DNA from: Escherichia coli
GTDB lineage: Bacteria > Pseudomonadota > Gammaproteobacteria > Enterobacterales > Enterobacteriaceae
NCBI RefSeq assembly: GCF_044647545.1
Contig: NZ_CP172818.1
DNA length: 64,000 nt
Strand: one strand, 5' to 3'
Shown: one piece after another, positions 29,550 through 42,102 of the stretch
Position numbering within the stretch: the first letter of the stretch is position 1
Layout: the number at the start of each line of letters is the position of its first letter
The notes under the pieces: generated by a model
Seen by the model: only the letters and a program-made list of their open reading frames with translations
Database searches by the model: none
Told to the model about the DNA's origin: nothing
Translations under genes and position numbers: made by a program

Positions 29550-30101
29550 TTACAATTTTTTAATTATTCTGGCTGGATTACCGCCCACGACAACGTTGTC
29601 CGGGACATCTTTTGTGACAACTGCACCTGAGGCTACCACGACGTTATCACCAATGGTCACACCAGGGTTAATGATCGCGCGTCCGCCAATCCAGACGTTA
29701 TTACCGATGGTGACGGGTTTCCCCAGTTCAGCACCGCTATTACGTGCTACAGGGTCGATGGGATGTGTTGCCGTGTAGATATGAACGCCTGGTGCCAACA
29801 TACAGTTATCACCGATGCGAATAGGGCAGACATCAAGCATCACGCAATCGAAGTTGGCGAAAAAATTATTGCCGAGAAAAATGTTATAGCCATAATCACA
29901 GCGAAACGTTGGCTCAATATAAGCCTCTGTCACCTGACCGAATAATTCAGCGAGAATTTGCTGGCGTAATGTGTGCTCTTCCGCCAGGGAATGATTGTAT
30001 CGGTGAATAAGCTGACGAGCGCGCAGGCGATCGCGAGATAACGTCTCATCTGCCGAGCGATACAACTCACCAGCAATCATCTTTTCTTTTTCTGTGCTCA
30101 T
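29550..30101 (-). CDS. maa: Maltose O-acetyltransferase (hexapeptide-repeat family)
   Basis: 183 aa with left-handed beta-helix hexapeptide repeats; recognised as Maa. Confidence 0.94.
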   Translation of the reverse strand: MSTEKEKMIAGELYRSADETLSRDRLRARQLIHRYNHSLAEEHTLRQQILAELFGQVTEAYIEPTFRCDYGYNIFLGNNFFANFDCVMLDVCPIRIGDNCMLAPGVHIYTATHPIDPVARNSGAELGKPVTIGNNVWIGGRAIINPGVTIGDNVVVASGAVVTKDVPDNVVVGGNPARIIKKL

Positions 30102-30272
30102 TACTGACCTCCGGTTGCTGAAAATGCGGCAACACAGTAAGACGAAAAGTCAGTGAAGAGAACGTTCCCATTACGTCTGTGTGATGAAGATCACATAGGG
30201 TATGCCTTCATGGCGATAAAGTATAAAATTCTTAATAAACAGCTGGTTATAGCTCCGAAAGCCAATTATTTA

Positions 30273-30491
30273 TTAGCGAATAAATTTCCATACTGAGGAA
30301 GGGATCTTGTCGTACAGTTTATTCATAGTCAATTCGGCGAGGCGGTGATCTGCGGCTGAGTAAAATACCGCCAGTTCATTATCTGATAATTCGTATTTAT
30401 TTTTCTCGATAACACGCTCCAGCGTGTCAATTGTCTGGCAACGACGTAAACGCATTAAATAATCGGTTTTCGTTAAAGGTTTTTCGGACAT
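30273..30491 (-). CDS. hha: Haemolysin expression modulating protein Hha (H-NS co-regulator)
   Basis: 72 aa from [20 protein letters not shown]; track ORF 30273..30737 is a 5'-extended read-through. Confidence 0.93.
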
Positions 30492-30516
30492 ACTTCTACC
30501 CATGGTTGTAATAATT

Positions 30517-30891
30517 CTAACAAGATAAACTCGCAGGATTCTCTTTCGTCGCATTGACAAAACAACGGAATAGTCGATTACCTGACTTCCGCCATTTCTG
30601 AAGATCCTGCATATTAATACCATAACTGCTGAACAACATAAAGGTGTCATCCAGATATTCGTCGATCTGCTCAATGAGCTTATTGTCTTCATTATACTTA
30701 ATTTTGTAATTAAGTGCGAAGGTCGCAATATGCTCAATCAGTTCATTCAACTGGAGGTTGATCGCCGAGGTTGGGTCGTTAACCCAGCCATGATTGCTTT
30801 CTTCAAGGTTTGCAAGACAGTCATGATACAGGGTTTCACAGAGAAACTTAAGCTGTGCGATATCATGTCTTTTGGGTGAGTATTCATCCAT
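30517..30891 (-). CDS. tomB: Hha toxicity modulator TomB
   Basis: 124 aa ORF immediately upstream of hha on the same strand. Also known as ybaJ. Confidence 0.92.
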
Positions 30892-31394
30892 AACGCGTCC
30901 CCTTCTTAGCGGTTGAACTAACGGACACCTTTCGGGATGGAAAAAACTTACTGACCTGGACTTGCCCTCTCGTTTGTTAGCTTAACTATAAGCCACTCTT
31001 TGCAGGTTTTCATCGCATTATTACGAAAAATTACAATTAGGAAGGAAGCGGGACAGGACTTACTTTTTCATACTAGCACTAACCCGCAGCAGGTAAAAGC
31101 AGTTTGCTCGAACTGTTCATAACATTTCAGGATTATCGCCAGATGAAATTGGTAACACTAATACCAGGATTGCTCTGAATATGACGTAATAACCGAGGAA
31201 TGAATAAAGAATTACCGCAAATAATTAAGAATAGCCTCTAAATGATTATGGATTATTAAATCTATTAGCGCTACTTAATATAAATTAACTAACAATCAGT
31301 ATTTTTTATGAATTTTATACGTGTTTAATACTGGTTTTCGTATGAGATCCTGAGTTGGTGGTTCAATGACTCCTTAATGTTCGTAGGTTATGCA

Positions 31395-31419
31395 TAAAAA
31401 AGGCCGCTTGCGCGGCCTT
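31395..31419 (-). terminator. Rho-independent terminator of acrAB
   Basis: Hairpin AGGCCGC-TTGC-GCGGCCT with A5 on plus strand (U-run on minus-strand transcript), 18 nt downstream of acrB stop. Confidence 0.8.
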
Positions 31420-31436
31420 AGTGATTACACGTTGTA

Positions 31437-34589
<3,153 letters not shown>

Positions 34590-34608
34590 TTAACGGCTCC
34601 TGTTTAAG

Positions 34609-35802
34609 TTAAGACTTGGACTGTTCAGGCTGAGCACCGCTTGCGGCTTGCTGGTTATTATCAGCGGTAACTTCTTGTGCTTTTACCTGGACACCAGGAC
34701 GCACTTTCTGCAGCCCACTTATTACTACGCGATCGCCTGCTTTCAGACCTTCTGTCACCAGCCACTTATCGCCGATAGCCTGGCTTGCAACGATCGGACG
34801 GGTTTCCACTTTGTCATCCGCGCCAACCACCAGTACGGTGGCATCGCCACGCGGCGTACGGGTTACGCCCTGTTGCGGGACTAAAATAGCGTTTGGATTA
34901 AGCCCTTCTTCCAGACGTGCACGTACGAACATACCCGGCAGCAGAGTGTGATCCGGGTTCGGGAAGATAGCGCGTAGGGTGATAGACCCGGTGGTCTGAT
35001 CAACGGTAACGTCAGAGAATTCCAGCGTACCGTCCTGCGGGAACTTAATGCCGTCACTGGTGATCAGCGACACTTTGGCTTTGCCGTTCTCTTGTTTCAG
35101 CGTGCCATTTGCCAGTTCCTGTTTCAGGCGCAGGAAGTCGTTGCTGGACTGGGTCACATCAACGTAGATCGGATCAAGTTGCTGCACGGTTGCCAGCGCA
35201 GTCGCCTGACCGTTCTGTACCAATGCGCCTTCTGTCACGTTCGACTTACCAATGCGACCGCTAATCGGAGAGGTGACTTTGGTGTAAGCCAGATTGATCC
35301 GCGCAGTTTCAACGGCAGCTTTCGCCGCAGTGACCGCAGCATTCGCCTGTTGCGCATCAGCCAGAGCCTGATCGTACTCTTGTTTACTGATGTACTGAGT
35401 ACCGAGCAGTTTCTGATAACGATTCACCGTCAATTGCGCGATATTTGCTGCAGCCTGGGCTTTCGCCAGATCACCTTTCGCACTGTCGTATGCCGCCTGA
35501 TAGGTCGCAGGATCAATCTGATAGAGAGAGACACCTGCTTCGATGTCGCTACCTTCTTTGAAATTACGCTTCAGGATAATCCCGCTAACTTGAGGACGAA
35601 CTTCTGCGATCCGGTAGGCACTGGTGCGACCCGGAAGCTCGGTTGTGATCTGCAGAGGTTCAGTTTTGACTGTTACTACGCCAACGGCGGGCATCTGCTG
35701 GCCACCTTGTTGGGCCTGTTTGTCGTCACATCCTGTTAGGGCTAAGCTGCCTGAGAGCATCAGAACGACCGCCAGAGGCGTAAACCCTCTGTTTTTGTTC
35801 AT
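34609..35802 (-). CDS. acrA: RND efflux periplasmic adaptor (membrane fusion) lipoprotein
   Basis: 397 aa from MNKNRGFTPLAVVLMLSGSLALTGC; track ORF is 5'-extended by 12 codons. Confidence 0.96.
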   Translation of the reverse strand: MNKNRGFTPLAVVLMLSGSLALTGCDDKQAQQGGQQMPAVGVVTVKTEPLQITTELPGRTSAYRIAEVRPQVSGIILKRNFKEGSDIEAGVSLYQIDPATYQAAYDSAKGDLAKAQAAANIAQLTVNRYQKLLGTQYISKQEYDQALADAQQANAAVTAAKAAVETARINLAYTKVTSPISGRIGKSNVTEGALVQNGQATALATVQQLDPIYVDVTQSSNDFLRLKQELANGTLKQENGKAKVSLITSDGIKFPQDGTLEFSDVTVDQTTGSITLRAIFPNPDHTLLPGMFVRARLEEGLNPNAILVPQQGVTRTPRGDATVLVVGADDKVETRPIVASQAIGDKWLVTEGLKAGDRVVISGLQKVRPGVQVKAQEVTADNNQQAASGAQPEQSKS

Positions 35803-35891
35803 ATGTAAACCTCGAGTGTCCGATTTCAAATTGGTCAATGGTCAAAAGTTAATAAACCCATTGCTGCGTTTATATTATCGTCGTGCTATGG

Positions 35892-35915
35892 TACATACAT
35901 TCACAAATGTATGTA
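35892..35915. promoter_or_regulatory. AcrR operator (24-bp palindrome) in acrA-acrR divergent promoter region
   Basis: TACATACATT-CACA-AATGTATGTA, perfect 10-bp inverted arms, between the acrA and acrR starts. Confidence 0.85.
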
Positions 35916-35943
35916 AATCTAACGCCTGTAAATTCACGAACAT

Positions 35944-36591
35944 ATGGCACGAAAAACCAAACAAGAAGCGCAAGAAACGCGCCAACACATCCTCGATGTG
36001 GCTCTACGTCTTTTCTCACAGCAGGGGGTATCATCCACCTCGCTGGGTGAGATTGCAAAAGCAGCTGGCGTTACGCGCGGTGCAATCTACTGGCATTTTA
36101 AAGACAAGTCGGATTTGTTCAGTGAGATCTGGGAACTGTCAGAATCCAATATTGGTGAACTAGAGCTTGAGTATCAGGCAAAATTCCCTGGCGATCCACT
36201 CTCAGTATTAAGAGAGATATTAATTCATGTTCTTGAATCCACGGTGACAGAAGAACGGCGTCGATTATTGATGGAGATTATATTCTACAAATGCGAATTT
36301 GTCGGAGAAATGGCTGTTGTGCAACAGGCACAACGTAATCTCTGTCTGGAAAGTTATGACCGTATAGAACAAACGTTAAAACATTGTATTGAAGCGAAAA
36401 TGTTGCCTGCGGATTTAATGACGCGTCGCGCAGCAATTATTATGCGCGGCTATATTTCCGGCCTGATGGAAAACTGGCTCTTTGCCCCGCAATCTTTTGA
36501 TCTTAAAAAAGAAGCCCGCGATTACGTCGCCATCTTACTGGAGATGTATCTCCTGTGCCCCACGCTTCGTAATCCTGCCACTAACGAATAA
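35944..36591 (+). CDS. acrR: TetR-family repressor of acrAB
   Basis: 215 aa with N-terminal TetR HTH; recognised as AcrR. Confidence 0.97.
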   Translation: MARKTKQEAQETRQHILDVALRLFSQQGVSSTSLGEIAKAAGVTRGAIYWHFKDKSDLFSEIWELSESNIGELELEYQAKFPGDPLSVLREILIHVLESTVTEERRRLLMEIIFYKCEFVGEMAVVQQAQRNLCLESYDRIEQTLKHCIEAKMLPADLMTRRAAIIMRGYISGLMENWLFAPQSFDLKKEARDYVAILLEMYLLCPTLRNPATNE

Positions 36592-36718
36592 CCCTGAATC
36601 TAACTCCAGGATTTTTCCTGGACATTTTCGTCGTTGCTATTCTGGTTCACTGCGTCGTGATATTCTTGCGGTTTGACTTTTTCAGGTCGTTCTTCAGGTT
36701 CAGAAACCTTCATTCATC

Positions 36719-39700
36719 ATGACTATGTTCCAGTATTACAAACGATCACGGCATTTTGTTTTTTCAGCATTTATTGCTTTTGTTTTTGTCTTGTTATGCC
36801 AGAACACGGCGTTTGCGCGGGCGTCATCGAATGGTGATCTGCCGACAAAAGCGGACCTGCAGGCACAACTTGACTCACTGAATAAACAAAAAGATCTTTC
36901 TGCTCAGGACAAACTGGTGCAGCAGGATCTGACAGATACATTAGCCACCCTCGATAAAATCGATCGCGTAAAAGAAGAGACAGTTCAGCTACGGCAAAAA
37001 GTCGCTGAAGCGCCGGAAAAAATGCGCCAGGCGACCGCGGCGTTAACAGCACTTAGCGATGTCGATAACGACGAAGAAACGCGCAAAATTCTGAGCACGC
37101 TTTCGTTGCGCCAGCTGGAAACTCGCGTTGCCCAGGCGCTGGACGATTTGCAAAACGCACAAAACGATCTGGCGTCTTATAACAGCCAGCTGGTTTCGTT
37201 ACAGACGCAGCCCGAACGCGTGCAAAATGCGATGTATAACGCTTCGCAGCAGCTGCAACAAATTCGCAGTCGTCTGGACGGGACTGATGTCGGCGAGACT
37301 GCCTTACGTCCCAGCCAGAAAGTGTTAATGCAGGCTCAGCAGGCTTTGCTGAATGCCGAGATTGACCAGCAGCGTAAAAGCCTGGAAGGGAACACCGTCT
37401 TGCAGGATACCTTGCAAAAGCAACGTGATTACGTGACGGCGAACAGCGCCCGTCTGGAGCACCAGTTGCAGCTGTTGCAAGAAGCAGTAAACAGCAAGCG
37501 TCTGACTTTAACCGAAAAAACGGCGCAGGAAGCCGTCTCCCCGGATGAAGCCGCGCGTATTCAGGCTAATCCGCTGGTGAAGCAGGAACTGGAAATTAAC
37601 CAGCAGTTAAGTCAGCGTCTGATTACCGCGACTGAAAACGGTAATCAGTTGATGCAGCAAAACATTAAAGTCAAAAACTGGCTGGAGCGGGCGCTGCAAT
37701 CGGAACGCAATATTAAAGAGCAGATTGCCGTCCTGAAGGGCAGCCTGCTGTTGTCTCGTATCCTTTACCAGCAACAACAAACGCTGCCCTCGGCGGATGA
37801 ACTGGAAAACATGACCAACCGCATCGCGGATTTGCGTCTCGAACAGTTTGAAGTTAACCAGCAGCGTGATGCACTCTTCCAGAGCGATGCGTTCGTCAAC
37901 AAACTGGAAGAAGGTCACACCAACGAAGTCAACAGCGAAGTTCACGATGCGTTATTGCAAGTAGTTGATATGCGTCGCGAATTGCTGGATCAGCTTAACA
38001 AACAGTTGGGTAACCAGCTGATGATGGCCATTAACCTGCAAATCAACCAGCAGCAGTTAATGAGTGTGTCGAAAAACCTGAAATCCATCCTGACTCAGCA
38101 AATCTTTTGGGTGAACAGTAACCGTCCAATGGACTGGGACTGGATCAAAGCGTTCCCGCAAAGCCTGAAAGATGAATTTAAGTCGATGAAAATCACGGTG
38201 AACTGGGAAAAAGCCTGGCCTGCCGTTTTTATCGCTTTCCTCGCCGGTTTGCCGCTGCTGTTGATTGCCGGGCTGATCCACTGGCGTCTGGGCTGGCTGA
38301 AAGCGTATCAACAAAAACTGGCTTCCGCTGTGGGTTCCCTGCGTAACGACAGCCAGCTCAACACACCAAAAGCGATCCTTATCGACCTGATCCGTGCGCT
38401 GCCGGTGTGCCTGATTATTCTCGCGGTTGGCCTGATTCTGTTGACCATGCAGCTCAACATCAGCGAACTGCTATGGTCGTTCAGTAAAAAACTGGCGATT
38501 TTCTGGCTGGTGTTTGGCCTGTGCTGGAAAGTGTTGGAGAAAAACGGCGTTGCCGTGCGTCACTTCGGCATGCCGGAACAGCAGACCAGCCACTGGCGTC
38601 GGCAAATTGTCCGCATCAGTCTCGCATTGCTGCCTATCCATTTCTGGTCTGTGGTGGCAGAACTTTCCCCGCTGCATCTGATGGATGATGTGCTGGGGCA
38701 GGCGATGATTTTCTTCAACTTGCTGCTGATTGCCTTCCTGGTGTGGCCGATGTGCCGCGAAAGCTGGCGTGATAAAGAGTCGCACACCATGCGACTGGTC
38801 ACCATTACCGTACTGTCGATTATCCCGATTGCGTTGATGGTGCTGACCGCCACGGGTTATTTCTACACCACGCTGCGCCTCTCCGGGCGTTGGATTGAAA
38901 CCGTTTATTTGGTGATCATCTGGAACCTGCTGTACCAGACGGTATTGCGCGGCTTAAGCGTAGCGGCGCGGCGTATCGCCTGGCGTCGTGCGCTGGCGCG
39001 TCGGCAGAATCTGGTGAAAGAGGGCGCAGAAGGTGCCGAACCGCCGGAAGAACCCACCATTGCACTGGAGCAAGTTAACCAGCAGACGCTGCGTATTACC
39101 ATGTTGCTGATGTTTGCGCTGTTCGGTGTCATGTTCTGGGCAATTTGGTCCGATTTGATCACCGTGTTCAGCTATCTCGACAGCATTACGCTCTGGCATT
39201 ACAACGGTACTGAAGCTGGTGCTGCGGTGGTGAAAAACGTCACCATGGGCAGTCTGTTGTTTGCGATTATCGCCTCAATGGTGGCCTGGGCGTTGATTCG
39301 CAACCTGCCTGGTTTGCTGGAAGTGCTGGTGCTCTCGCGACTGAATATGCGCCAGGGCGCGTCGTATGCCATTACTACCATCCTTAACTACATCATTATT
39401 GCCGTTGGTGCGATGACGGTGTTCGGATCGCTGGGCGTCTCTTGGGATAAACTCCAGTGGCTGGCAGCAGCATTATCCGTAGGTCTTGGTTTTGGTTTAC
39501 AAGAAATTTTCGGTAACTTCGTCTCCGGTTTGATCATTCTGTTCGAACGTCCGGTGCGCATTGGCGATACGGTAACCATTGGTAGCTTCTCGGGGACGGT
39601 AAGTAAGATCCGTATTCGTGCGACAACGATTACCGATTTCGATCGCAAAGAAGTGATCATCCCGAACAAAGCGTTTGTTACCGAGCGTCTGATCAACTGG

Positions 39701-40081
39701 TCGTTGACTGACACGACTACGCGTCTGGTGATCCGTCTCGGCGTGGCCTATGGCTCCGATCTGGAAAAAGTGCGTAAAGTGTTACTGAAGGCGGCGACTG
39801 AGCACCCAAGGGTGATGCACGAACCAATGCCGGAAGTCTTCTTTACGGCGTTTGGTGCCAGCACGTTGGATCATGAGCTGCGTCTGTATGTGCGTGAACT
39901 GCGTGACCGTAGCCGTACTGTCGATGAGCTGAACCGTACTATCGATCAGCTGTGCCGTGAAAACGACATCAACATTGCCTTTAACCAGCTTGAAGTGCAT
40001 CTGCACAACGAGAAGGGCGATGAGGTGACGGAAGTCAAACGCGACTACAAAGGCGACGATCCGACACCAGCGGTAGGGTAA
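36719..40081 (+). CDS. mscK: Potassium-dependent mechanosensitive channel MscK
   Basis: 1120 aa: signal peptide, long coiled-coil periplasmic domain, multi-TM region, C-terminal MscS-like channel domain. Also known as kefA. Confidence 0.95.
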   Translation: MTMFQYYKRSRHFVFSAFIAFVFVLLCQNTAFARASSNGDLPTKADLQAQLDSLNKQKDLSAQDKLVQQDLTDTLATLDKIDRVKEETVQLRQKVAEAPEKMRQATAALTALSDVDNDEETRKILSTLSLRQLETRVAQALDDLQNAQNDLASYNSQLVSLQTQPERVQNAMYNASQQLQQIRSRLDGTDVGETALRPSQKVLMQAQQALLNAEIDQQRKSLEGNTVLQDTLQKQRDYVTANSARLEHQLQLLQEAVNSKRLTLTEKTAQEAVSPDEAARIQANPLVKQELEINQQLSQRLITATENGNQLMQQNIKVKNWLERALQSERNIKEQIAVLKGSLLLSRILYQQQQTLPSADELENMTNRIADLRLEQFEVNQQRDALFQSDAFVNKLEEGHTNEVNSEVHDALLQVVDMRRELLDQLNKQLGNQLMMAINLQINQQQLMSVSKNLKSILTQQIFWVNSNRPMDWDWIKAFPQSLKDEFKSMKITVNWEKAWPAVFIAFLAGLPLLLIAGLIHWRLGWLKAYQQKLASAVGSLRNDSQLNTPKAILIDLIRALPVCLIILAVGLILLTMQLNISELLWSFSKKLAIFWLVFGLCWKVLEKNGVAVRHFGMPEQQTSHWRRQIVRISLALLPIHFWSVVAELSPLHLMDDVLGQAMIFFNLLLIAFLVWPMCRESWRDKESHTMRLVTITVLSIIPIALMVLTATGYFYTTLRLSGRWIETVYLVIIWNLLYQTVLRGLSVAARRIAWRRALARRQNLVKEGAEGAEPPEEPTIALEQVNQQTLRITMLLMFALFGVMFWAIWSDLITVFSYLDSITLWHYNGTEAGAAVVKNVTMGSLLFAIIASMVAWALIRNLPGLLEVLVLSRLNMRQGASYAITTILNYIIIAVGAMTVFGSLGVSWDKLQWLAAALSVGLGFGLQEIFGNFVSGLIILFERPVRIGDTVTIGSFSGTVSKIRIRATTITDFDRKEVIIPNKAFVTERLINWSLTDTTTRLVIRLGVAYGSDLEKVRKVLLKAATEHPRVMHEPMPEVFFTAFGASTLDHELRLYVRELRDRSRTVDELNRTIDQLCRENDINIAFNQLEVHLHNEKGDEVTEVKRDYKGDDPTPAVG

Positions 40082-40088
40082 GGACAAT

Positions 40089-40120
40089 AAAGGGCGACAT
40101 GATGCGCCCTTTATTTTTTA
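40089..40120. terminator. Bidirectional terminator between mscK (+) and ybaM (-)
   Basis: Hairpin AAGGGCG...CGCCCTT flanked by A-run and T-run; overlaps ybaM stop codon. Confidence 0.75.
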
Positions 40121-40282
40121 CTCGCTTTGTGAAGTCTCATCGCTCTGTAACTTCTTTTCATAATCGCGTTTTACAATATCCAGCGCGCGCAGCACGGTGC
40201 GGGCTGGGATCTGATTTTCTTCCAGCAGCACAATTAAATCGACGGCCAGTTTGACATCGTCGGGGGCATTTTCCAGTGACAT
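40118..40282 (-). CDS. ybaM: Small protein YbaM (DUF2496-like), 54 codons
   Basis: Hand-translated minus-strand [57 protein letters not shown]; below the track's length cutoff; occupies the mscK-priC gap. Confidence 0.75.
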   Translation of the reverse strand: MSLENAPDDVKLAVDLIVLLEENQIPARTVLRALDIVKRDYEKKLQSDETSQSE

Positions 40283-40295
40283 ACTCTCTCCATTG

Positions 40296-40823
40296 CTAGC
40301 GGGTTAAACGCGCTAACCTGTTTTCGATTTTTTCCAGCGCATGGCGACACCGCGCCAGGCGCGCTTCATAGGCTTCCACTTCACGATGCAGCGTTTGCTG
40401 TTCCACGAGATCGGTCACCCGCGCCAGGCGGGCTCGACGTTCGGCTACCATCTCACGTAGCCGCCGCTCAAAATCCTGATGCTGAATACGTTTACGCTGC
40501 CAGCGGGCAATTTTCGGTGGTGCGCTATCCCACTCGCGTAGCGACCAGGCTGTGGCTTCACGCGCTATAGCCTCCAGTTGCGCCGCCAGATGTTCTGCCA
40601 GCCAGGCGGCTTGCGGCAGCTGTTGCTGCTCAACCGCATGACGAAGCGCAGCCAGGTTATCGCCTGCCTCATCGAGACAAGCCTGCAGTGTTGTCGCACG
40701 GGTCTGAAAAAGGTGCCTGTCAAAACGGGCACTTAGCGTGGCAAATTGCGCTACCGGGGCACAACGCTGACGCAGCGTGGCGAGCTGTCCTTCCAGTTTT
40801 TCCAGCAGCAGGGTGGTTTTCAC
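40296..40823 (-). CDS. priC: Primosomal replication protein N''
   Basis: 175 aa ORF recognised as PriC. Confidence 0.93.
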   Translation of the reverse strand: MKTTLLLEKLEGQLATLRQRCAPVAQFATLSARFDRHLFQTRATTLQACLDEAGDNLAALRHAVEQQQLPQAAWLAEHLAAQLEAIAREATAWSLREWDSAPPKIARWQRKRIQHQDFERRLREMVAERRARLARVTDLVEQQTLHREVEAYEARLARCRHALEKIENRLARLTR

Positions 40824-40892
40824 GATAAGACCTCAATGAAAATGATAATTGTTATGCTAAAGTAGCCACTCTGTAAGCTGACAACACTCAAT

Positions 40893-41270
40893 ATGCAACG
40901 AATCATTTTAATCATCATTGGCTGGCTGGCGGTAGTGCTGGGTACGCTGGGCGTGGTATTACCGGTATTACCGACGACGCCGTTTATCCTGCTGGCGGCC
41001 TGGTGCTTTGCCCGTTCTTCCCCGCGCTTTCACGCCTGGTTGCTGTACCGCTCATGGTTTGGCAGCTATCTACGTTTCTGGCAGAAACATCATGCGATGC
41101 CGCGCGGCGTCAAACCGCGGGCGATTATGCTTATTTTGCTCACGTTTGCCATTTCTCTGTGGTTCGTCCAGATGCCATGGGTGCGCATCATGTTGCTGGT
41201 AATTCTCGCCTGTTTGCTTTTTTATATGTGGCGAATTCCGGTGATTGATGAAAAGCAAGAAAAGCACTGA
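40893..41270 (+). CDS. ybaN: DUF454 family inner membrane protein
   Basis: 125 aa, hydrophobic; recognised as YbaN. Confidence 0.9.
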
Positions 41271-41422
41271 AGCACAACAATCGCAGTTGCAATTATTGCG
41301 TACAGCCAGTACATTCTGGCGTTTTCGAGCACAGGCGCAGGCGGTCAAAGGTTAAACAACTGTTACTTTTGATACGTTTAAAACGCGCCGTGAGTACCAC
41401 CGTAACAAGCAGGCATACACTT

Positions 41423-41974
41423 ATGACCGCGACTGCACAGCAGCTTGAGTATCTCAAAAATAGCATCAAAAGCATTCAGGACTACCCAAAACCCGGCATT
41501 CTTTTCCGCGATGTCACCAGCTTACTGGAAGACCCGAAAGCTTACGCTCTCAGCATCGACTTGCTGGTTGAGCGTTACAAAAATGCGGGCATTACCAAAG
41601 TGGTCGGCACCGAAGCGCGTGGCTTCTTGTTTGGCGCTCCGGTAGCTCTGGGTCTGGGCGTTGGCTTTGTACCGGTCCGTAAACCGGGCAAACTGCCGCG
41701 TGAAACCATCAGTGAAACTTACGACCTGGAATACGGCACCGATCAGCTGGAAATCCACGTTGATGCCATCAAACCGGGCGACAAAGTTCTGGTGGTGGAC
41801 GACCTGCTGGCAACCGGCGGCACTATCGAAGCGACCGTTAAACTGATCCGTCGTCTGGGTGGTGAAGTGGCTGATGCTGCGTTCATTATCAACCTGTTCG
41901 ATCTCGGCGGCGAACAGCGTCTCGAAAAACAGGGCATTACCAGCTACAGCCTTGTTCCGTTCCCGGGCCATTAA
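41423..41974 (+). CDS. apt: Adenine phosphoribosyltransferase
   Basis: 183 aa from [30 protein letters not shown]; PRPP-binding motif [13 protein letters not shown]; track ORF is 5'-extended. Confidence 0.95.
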
Positions 41975-42102
41975 TTATCGCCAGTCTTGTGCTGCCCACG
42001 CTACGGACAGCACAAGATGTGCATTCAGCCTCGCCGTTCTGACGGGGCTGTGTTAGCATTACCCCTTCGTGAATCCACCTTCCAGCGTTTCAGAGCCTGC
42101 CA

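Noticed and set aside
28964-31436. ylaC-maa-hha-tomB as a recently acquired genomic island
   Set aside because: No flanking direct repeats, tRNA or integrase; only the hha-tomB unit and its leader are AT-rich, so this is reported as a compositional observation rather than an island.
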